In this document: piece by piece, positions 8,600 to 16,155 of the stretch
Layout: every line of letters begins with the position of its first letter
How positions within the stretch are numbered: position 1 is the first letter of the stretch
NCBI RefSeq assembly: GCF_006345805.1
Contig: NW_021825238.1
Coordinates: 1-16,155 of the forward strand
DNA: 16,155 bases
Reading direction: 5' to 3'
Source of the DNA: Octopus sinensis
Lineage: Eukaryota
Program-made: the position numbers and the translations under genes
The notes under the pieces: model-generated
The model's database searches: none
What the model saw: the letters and a program-made list of their open reading frames with translations, nothing else
What the model was told of the DNA's origin: nothing

Positions 8600-8748
8600 A
8601 CTATAGGCACAAGACTTGAACTTTGGTTGGAAGGGGTTTTGGGGATTACGAACACCGCAATACTTGGCTGGTATTTATTTTATCTCACCAGGAGAGACGG
8701 AAAGCAAATTCAATTGCGTTGGAGTTCGAAATATGAATATAAAGAAAA
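8600..8748 (-). mobile_element. SINE family D, old degraded fragment (tail type B)
   Basis: ACTATAGGCACAAGACTTGAA...CTGGTATTTATTTTATC...GAAAGCAAATTC aligns with the copy at 8855-8998. Confidence 0.6.
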
Positions 8749-8854
8749 TATTTTCAATGCTTTGAAGAGTTTGACAGATCGTGGCCTTCTACAAGGTAAG
8801 AATAACACCATAATAAACATTAGTAGTAGTAGTGATGATGATGATGATGATGAT

Positions 8855-8998
8855 CCTTTATACTATAGGCACGAGGCCTGAAATTTTTGAGGGAGGGGTA
8901 AGTCGATTTCCTCGACCCCAGTGCGTAACTGGTACTTATTTTCTCGACCCCGAAAGGATGGAAGGCAAAGTCGACCTCGGAGGAACTTGAATGCAGAA
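8855..8998 (-). mobile_element. SINE family D fragment (tail type B); head replaced by (GAA)n
   Basis: TCGACCCCAGTGCGTAACTGGTACTTATTTTCTCGACCCCGAAAGGATGGAAGGCAAAGTCGACCTCGG is nearly identical to 10742-10810. A (GAT)n/(TAG)n tail lies at 8818-8854. Confidence 0.85.
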
Positions 8999-9002
8999 AA
9001 GT

Positions 9003-9170
9003 GAAGAAGAAGAAGAAGAACAAGAAGAACAAGAAGAACAAGAACAAGAAGAAGAACAAGAAGAAGAAAAAGAAGAAGAAGAAGAAGAAGAAGAAGAAGA
9101 AGAAGAAGAAGAAGAAGAAGAAGAAGAAGAAGAAGAAGAAGAAGAAGAAGAAGAAGAAGAAGAAGAAGAA
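9003..9170. repeat. (GAA)n trinucleotide tract of 56 units, the last 33 pure
   Basis: GAA with CAA interruptions at 9003-9071; pure from 9072 to 9170. Confidence 0.95.
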
Positions 9171-9339
9171 ACCGTGCCGCTGCTTTCGTTGGAAAAGCCG
9201 AAGATTATCGCAATGAAGTTGAATTCATGATGATGATGATGATGATGAATACGAGGACAATATGTAAATACTATGTGCGTGCTTTATGCATAAGCATATA
9301 TGATTAAATACATATAAGCATATATAAATACCCACAAAC

Positions 9340-9404
9340 ACATAAACATATATATATAATATATATATATTGTATATATATTTGTTTTACACACAATCGC
9401 AAAC

Positions 9405-9500
<96 letters not shown>

Positions 9501-9530
9501 ATATATATATATATATATACATATATATAT

Positions 9531-9574
<44 letters not shown>

Positions 9575-9650
9575 TATAATATATATACACATCTAATATG
9601 TGTACGTACACAAACGTGTTCCCATATATATATAATATATATATATATAG

Positions 9651-9683
<33 letters not shown>

Positions 9684-9690
9684 GGTATAT
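9340..9690. repeat. Long (TA)n-rich microsatellite block
   Basis: Directly visible. Confidence 0.9.
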
Positions 9691-9894
9691 ATGCATGATA
9701 ATCAATATCAATGGACGCAGGATAAAAGATTACGGATGAAAAGCGTATGGATGATGAATGAGAGGGAAATATTTATTTATATCATATATGCTGCCATTGC
9801 ATGCGATAAATCGAGTCAGATGTTTGACCTTTTAACCTAATCGGATTTATTCACATGCAAAAAGGCTATATCATACTAACTCCATCGACAAAAC

Positions 9895-10235
9895 ATATAT
9901 ATATGTGTGTATGTGTGTATGCGTATCTATATATACACATATAGTAATATATATATATATATATATAATAATAAATATATTAGGGAATATATATATATAT
10001 GTATGTATAGATATATATAATATATATAGATATATAATTACACTTACATATATATATATATTATATATATATATATATATATATGTTTGTATGTATAGAT
10101 AAGTTTATTATATGTTATATATATTAAGTGTGTGTGTCTGTGTTTATATGTATGTTTGTATGTATGTATATATGTATGTATGTATTTATGTATGTATGTA
10201 TGTATGTATGTATGTATGTATGTATGTATGTATGT
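9895..10235. repeat. (TA)n and (TATG)n microsatellite block
   Basis: Directly visible; TATG array at about 10147-10234. Confidence 0.9.
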
Positions 10236-10506
10236 GCGAATGTGAAATGAGCGATACTAAATCCTAACTTATGAACCATTATTAAGGGCGATATCGAAAA
10301 TTATGGGAACGATTGTCAGTGTGAAATGATAAATGAGAAGAAAGTGGACTCCCTTCAAAAGACTCAAAGAACGATTGATTGAACTGTGAGTGTGTGATGG
10401 TTTCTGGATTCACCTGGGGGTCATGGTGCAAAATATATAAATATGCATGCATGATGCACGGGTTTTGTATATATGGAAATGTAGAAATAAATGTCTGTTT
10501 TATTTG

Positions 10507-10651
10507 TTATCTTTTATCTTTCGCTTGTTTCAGTCATTGGATTACGCCCTTACTGAGGCACCGCCTTAAAGTGTTTAGTCGAACAAAGCGACCCAGGAGT
10601 TATTTCTTAAATCTTGACTTATTCAATATTTGCCTATGTTACCAGGACGTA
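10507..10651 (-). mobile_element. SINE family C, degraded 3' fragment
   Basis: CTTGTTTCAGTCATTGGATT...GCACCGCCTT...TTTAGTCGAACAAAGCGACCCAGGAGTTATT...GTTACCAGGACGTAAA aligns with the 3' end of 11363-11773. Confidence 0.7.
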
Positions 10652-10665
10652 AAGGAATCTATATC

Positions 10666-10897
10666 TATTCCTTTATTACCCACAAGGGGCTAAACACAGA
10701 GGAGACAAACAAGGACAGACATAGGTATTAAGTCGATTACATCGACCCCAGTGCGTAACTGGTACTTAATTTATCGACCCCGAAAGGATGAAAGGCAAAG
10801 TCGACCTCGGCGGAATTTGAACTCACAACGTAACGCAGACGAAATACCGCAAAGCATTTCGCCCGGCGTGCTAATGTTTCTGCCAGCTCGCCGCCTT
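10666..10897 (-). mobile_element. tRNA-derived SINE family D, full length (tail type A)
   Basis: Minus-strand head AAGGCGGCGAGCTGGCAGAAAC...GAGTTCAAATTCC (A/B-box-like). Central domain GAGGTCGACTTTGCCTTTCATCCTTTCGGGGTCGATAAATTAAGTACCAG. Flanked by CTATATC (10659-10665 and 10898-10904), a candidate TSD. Confidence 0.88.
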
Positions 10898-11159
10898 CTA
10901 TATCGGAATCTATATCGGTCGTAAGGCTCTAAGAGAAGCATCCAGAAATACACATATATACGCATATACATTTATAATTTAACGTACACAATTTAAAAAT
11001 AAGAGTCACTTATAGTTTCTTTCTGTGAGGAAACGTGTCTAGAAGAGTTTATATAACACGATTGTGTCTCCAAGCAAGCAGATCGTGTGTTGAGAGCCTG
11101 AATATTGCTTGGAGACACAATGTGTGTTATAAGGGCATGTCTAGAGAAATATTAGATGA

Positions 11160-11940
11160 ACGATTCGTCACCAGTACATTTTTTTTTCAAAGTTTTGTCT
11201 TGTTTCTGTTGGACTCTAATTTACGGGGACGAGATCATTAAGTACCCGGTTGTCGAGCAGTGGCAACGATCAAACACAGAAACAAAGGCAGACACACATA
11301 AATACACATACACATATACACACACACACACACACTCACACACACACACAACACACATATATATACTCTTTTACTCTTTTACTTGTTTCAGTCATTTGAA
11401 TGCGGCCATGCTGGAGCACCGCCTTTAGTCCAGCAAATCGACCCCGGGACTTATTCTTTGTAAGCCCAGTACTTATTCTATCGGTCTCTTTTGCCGAACC
11501 GCTAAGTGACGGGGACGTAAACACACCAGCATCTGTTGTCAAGCAATGCTAGAGGGACAAACACAGACACACAAACATATACATACACATACATATATAT
11601 ACATATATTCGACAGGCTTCTTTCAGTTTCCGCCAACCAAATCCACTCACAAGGCATTGGTCGGCCCGAGGCTATAGCAGAAGACACTTGCCTAAGATAC
11701 CACGCAGTGGGACTGAACCCAGAACCATGTGGTTGGTAGGCAAGCTACTTACCACACAGACACTCCTGCGCCTATTATATATATGTATACATATATACGA
11801 CGGGTTCCTTTCAATTTACATCTACCAAACCCACCAACAAGGCTTTGGTGGGGCCGACTTCACACTACACGACACTTGCCCAAGCTGGCACGTGGTGGAA
11901 CTGAACCCGAAACCATGTGGCTGGGTTGAGAAGCAAACTT
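11160..11940 (-). mobile_element. Old family C SINE split into 11160-11362 and 11774-11940 by a younger copy
   Basis: The left piece keeps TTACGGGGACG...CCGGTTGTC...AAACACAGA...(CA)n. The right piece keeps ACGACGGG..TTTCA...CAAGGCTTTGGT...GACACTTGCCCAAG...ACTGAACCCGAAACCATGTGG. Both are more diverged than the central copy. Confidence 0.6.
11363..11773 (-). mobile_element. tRNA-derived SINE family C, full length
   Basis: Head AGGCGCAGGAGTG...GGGTTCAGTCCC (plus 11709-11720), CORE-like CTTAGGCAAGTGTCTT, internal (TG/TA)n, CR1-like tail and (AAAGAGT)n. Colinear with 7262-7637. Confidence 0.92.
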
Positions 11941-12606
11941 AAGTATATTCTGTTTTCGCTTTCGTTATTGTCTTTGCTCCTTTGTTTCTCTCATTATATA
12001 TTTTCTCGTTCCCTTGATAACTCGTTTAAAATTATTGTTCGGTGTACAGACATCATCTTTTCTTCTTATTCGGTACATGTCTCACTTTTCTGCTTCTCTA
12101 ACATATCCGATCATCTAAACCTCCAGCAGCTTATCTTCCCGACACCGGCAAATTGGTTAATATTATTGGAAAGTGACAAAATTGTGATGATACTTGGTCA
12201 ATAGCTGCTGAGGTTTTTAGCATGTCTCCACTGTATGTGTAACTTTCCTATTTTTCCGTATGTTCTTTTGCCGTCCGCATGTGCCGCATTCCTATTACCA
12301 GCCAATTATCTTAGACAGCACAGCTTAATTGTTATGGAGTTTGTAATTGTCTTTTTCTCAAGAGAAATTAGCTTATATGCTTACACACAGCGAATATCTC
12401 TGTTTTCAATATACTGACGCGCTGAAAGAACTTTATGTTAAAAATCAATAATTAAGAGGGACATAGTACATACTATATAGAGATTTCGCTCGTATTCAAT
12501 GCATCTATCTGTGTACCGAATAACTGAGTTTTCATCTCATGTATTAACAAATATTACATGTTGTGTACTTTCATTACCGCGTCTGTATCCGAATAAATAT
12601 ATGCAC

Positions 12607-12627
12607 TATGTATAGATATATATATAT

Positions 12628-12658
<31 letters not shown>

Positions 12659-12683
12659 ATAATAGATATATATATATATATAT

Positions 12684-12715
<32 letters not shown>

Positions 12716-12826
12716 CATATATATATATATATCTATATATAATATATATATATATATATAGTATGTATGTATATATACGTATAGATATAGATATATATGT
12801 AGGTGTATACACACACCACACACACT

Positions 12827-12872
<46 letters not shown>

Positions 12873-12880
12873 TATATGCA
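12607..12880. repeat. (TA)n/(CA)n microsatellite block
   Basis: Directly visible. Confidence 0.9.
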
Positions 12881-13603
12881 TTCTCTAATTAATTAGATTT
12901 TGGTTTGCAAGAGTGTTGAACTTGAGTGTTAATATGGATTTTGTTGTCACTCGGGAGCGTCATTATGGCAATAATAAACACACACTGATTCTATTGTACT
13001 TCTTTTTTATAATTAACTAATTAGTAACCATGTGATCATGTTACTAAGTATCCAAGTTACTGATCGATTGCTTAATTAATTGTTCGATTCATCGATCAAT
13101 CGTCTAGGTTTGTCAAAACCCTAACTTCGTCATTCTAGATCTAATCAATGACACGTCCTCTCTACGTTACGAAGGCGATGAAAAGATTGTGACAAAATTA
13201 GTCGATTGATTGATTAACTCAAAGATTAATAAAGCAACGGATTAACTAATTGGTAATTCGGTTAGCAAAATTACTAATAATAATACTAAAATAAGTGAGG
13301 TAGAAATATCTTGTGTTTGTTATTGGCATAATGATCCTCCGAATATATGATAAAAGCACTAATTAATTATTTTCGCCGCGAGAAAAGTATCTTTTACCCA
13401 ATACAGGTGTTGTACGTGAGCGACTTTAAGTTTCAGGATTAGATAGTATAGTTATCAGAAAGGTTTGTATAGCATACGGTGCACGATGCAGTTGTTCAGT
13501 CTCTGACTGCGTACTGCTGTATCCGATCATGAAAGTTGAGGCAGCACATGTATAACTCCTGAATTTATTAAATAGTACATTTATTAAATATATACTCTAT
13601 GTG

Positions 13604-13911
13604 GAGGCGCAATGGCCCAGTGGTTAGGGCAGCGGACTCGCGGTCGTAGGATCGCGGTTTCGATTCCCAGACCAGACTTGTGAGTGTTTATTAAGCGGAA
13701 ACACTTAAAAGCTCTACAAGGCTCCGGCAGCGGGTGGTGGTGATCCTTGCTGTACTATTTCGCCACAACTTTCTCTCACTCTTTCTTCTGTTGGCCTGCT
13801 CGCTTAGCCAGCGGGGCGGCGTCATTTGAAGGCTAAAACAATGCGAAGCGCATTGTGACCAGCGATGTGTAACAACATCCGATAGCCTGGTCGATCACCG
13901 TGATCACGGTG
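13604..13911 (+). mobile_element. tRNA-derived SINE family B, full length, with a 14-bp TSD
   Basis: A-box TGGCCCAGTGG (13613-13623), B-box-like GTTTCGATTCC (13657-13667), tail (CACGGTGAT)x2. Direct repeat ATATACTCTATGTG at 13590-13603 and 13912-13925. Confidence 0.93.
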
Positions 13912-14584
13912 ATATACTCTATGTGATTCAATGCTACACATGGCAATAGAATACTCAACGAATTACTCTTTAATTTAACGAATTAGTAGTTCAAAAGATC
14001 AAAGAAATGATTTATCATCGCCGAATCCGATGGGGATCCAATACTTGTTTATTACACAATATTGCACGAAACATTAATGAAGTAAACCAAAACCTCCTAT
14101 TCAATTAAATACCATTAATCATCCTAGCAATTATTAATAAATCTCGGTTCATAATTTGACTTATGAAACCGTATTAAATTATATTATGATAGTTTAAAAA
14201 TATCATTAGAAAATATTTAATTACAATATATAATATTCTGTTATTGTAAATCTTTTATTTATTGTAAATCTGTTATTATATTTATTCTGGAAGCTACGAC
14301 ATAACGTTTAACAACTAACTCTAACAGCGAACATGATAGTTCGTTGAACCTCTAGAAATAACAGCAATATCTTCCTCAAATAACAATTTATAGGGTCATG
14401 TATTTATATATAAGTATACAAGAGACAACGGACGACACCTCTATAACTTCACGTGACTTGAGAGACATAGGACGCAAATTTTCCAAAAATCTCGCCTTGC
14501 TGGCGGGAATATGTGTGTGCGCATGTGTGTGTATGTTTTTATAGTAAAAAATAATTTTATTGAAGAGATATTCTCCACGTGGTG

Positions 14585-14600
14585 ATATATATATATATAT

Positions 14601-14658
<58 letters not shown>
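14585..14658. repeat. (TA)n microsatellite
   Basis: Directly visible. Confidence 0.9.
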
Positions 14659-14660
<2 letters not shown>

Positions 14661-14912
14661 GAAGATTTGTCTGAGAATGCACCTGAATTTGAAACAATTG
14701 TAACTGTTTTTAAATAACTTTAGTTACATAAATACCAAACTAATTTCAGCAATTTTTTGTTTATCAATGGTATAAGCAAACTTAAATAAAACAAGGGATT
14801 TTAACAATTTAAAATTGCGAGGTAGAAAACATGTTTAACTTCTTAAATGTTCACAAAATTCAATGATAAGGTTAAAAAATATCGAAAATGATATTTGCCA
14901 ATCATTTTCGAT

Positions 14913-15084
14913 TTTCTAGTCTACTCTACGCACAAGGGCCGAAATTTTGGGAGAGAGGGCCAGTCAATTAGATCGAAAGGATGAAAGGCAAAGTTGACGG
15001 AATTTGAAGTCAGAACGTAATGGCAGATGACATACCGCTAAGCATTTCGCCCGGCGTGCTAACGTTTCTGCCAGCTCGCCGCCT

Positions 15085-15085
<1 letters not shown>
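14913..15085 (-). mobile_element. SINE family D (tail type B) with internal deletions
   Basis: The head CCGCTAAGCATTTCGCCCGGCGTGCTAACGTTTCTGCCAGCTCGCCGCCTT is nearly identical to 10847-10897. The central TCGACCCC...TCGACCCC segment is lost. Confidence 0.85.
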
Positions 15086-15119
<34 letters not shown>

Positions 15120-15243
15120 ACAACAACAACAATAATAATAATAATAATAATAATAATACTAATAATGATTATGATGATGATGATGATTATGATGATGATA
15201 ATTATTATTATTGTTATTATAATTACCATTATTATTATTATTA

Positions 15244-15290
<47 letters not shown>

Positions 15291-15295
15291 TTATT
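15086..15295. repeat. Compound trinucleotide microsatellite (TAG)n-(AAC)n-(AAT)n-(GAT)n-(ATT)n
   Basis: Directly visible. Confidence 0.92.
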
Positions 15296-16079
15296 ATATA
15301 CGGATGGAATGCTTTAAATGACAGGTCTGATCATTCGCAGCTGGCCGTTGCTCTACAAAGAAATCAACAACACAAACAACAACACATCAACAATCCTAGC
15401 AACCACGACCACAATATCATCAACAACAACAACGACAGACCGACATTGACGTATTCAATAGCTGACAAGCAACGCTAAGAAAAATATTTTCAAGAAACTT
15501 AAAACCAACGGCAGACCAGTATTTTTTATCAAGGCTAGACGTTCTACTTTCACATTCTACTTTCACTTTCTACTATATTTATATCTCTATATCTCGCCCC
15601 ACCATCTCTATTTTTCCAGCCTTTCAGTCGATCTGGCTGGCTGGCTATTAGATATTCTATCGGATCGACCGTGTGGTTATCCCAATACTAAATATAGGCT
15701 AATGTATAAAACGTTCGTATTAGACGATCATTTCAAATACTAATTAAAACTGTTTCATGTTAGTCGTTAATTAGCATTTTCGTTTAAACGAACTGAAGCG
15801 TAAAGATATCAGCGTTAGCAATATGAATACAGCACACTTCAATAAACGTGATATCGTATTTTCAATTAAGAAATATTTATGTTGGATATTAGCTTGTATG
15901 ATTATGGCTTTTACTTGGCGTTTTAATGAGTGATTTCAACATCATTCCGATGTTATCTCATGGGGGATTGATGGACTCGTGACATGTCTCAGTATATATG
16001 AAGTCATCGTATTTAAATTCTTGCTACTCCGTGGATTATTGTATCGAGTTCGCTCTGCGTTACAGTTCATTCATTTTGT

Positions 16080-16155
16080 TTTTACTCTTTTACTTGTTTT
16101 AGTCATTTGACTACGGCCATGATGGAACACCGCTTTTAGTCGAACAAACCGATTC
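16080..16155 (-). mobile_element. SINE family C 3' tail, cut by the window edge
   Basis: TTTACTCTTTTACTTGTTTTAGTCATTTGACTACGGCCATGATGGAACACCGCTTTTAGTCGAACAAA matches 11368-11436. Confidence 0.85.

Noticed and set aside
8991-9230. Poly-Glu and poly-Lys ORFs
   Set aside because: These are readings of the (GAA)n tract, starting inside a SINE, with no splice or homology support.
10333-10391. Short coding exon MRRKWTPFKRLKERLIEL with donor GTGAGT
   Set aside because: The donor is good, but there is no acceptor or promoter evidence and no recognisable homology; it is too short to support.
13437-13462. 26-nt microexon (xLDSIVIRK) between TTTCAG and GTTTGT
   Set aside because: Such site pairs are common by chance in AT-rich DNA; it needs junction reads.
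14881-14920. Helitron 3' end (hairpin plus CTAG)
   Set aside because: The hairpin is AT-rich and only 3 nt from CTAG, and the CTAG is better explained as part of the SINE tail.

Overview
A 16-kb AT-rich eukaryotic, mostly non-coding window. The repeat families look like Octopus (coleoid cephalopod); this is an inference from recognising the sequences, not a database result. About half is microsatellite ((TA)n, (TG)n, (TCTA)n, (TATG)n, (ATT)n, (GAA)n). Much of the rest is retroelement debris: four tRNA-derived SINE families (labelled A-D here, about 11 copies or fragments, some with target-site duplications, one nested); a CR1-type LINE 3' fragment; an RTE-type LINE 3' fragment; two oppositely oriented R4/Dong-like fragments flanking an (AAT)n-tailed element. 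No intact gene is present, and nearly all supplied ORFs are repeat artefacts. There are two weak host-exon candidates (4770-4869, 7748-7855). Most notable observations: a type I hammerhead ribozyme motif at 3073-3120 of the minimal Penelope-type form; a CR1 LINE 3' stem-loop shared with SINE family C within this window; the head-to-head R4/Dong arrangement; an 81-bp-arm near-perfect inverted repeat; interlocking alternative hairpins inside a candidate exon.
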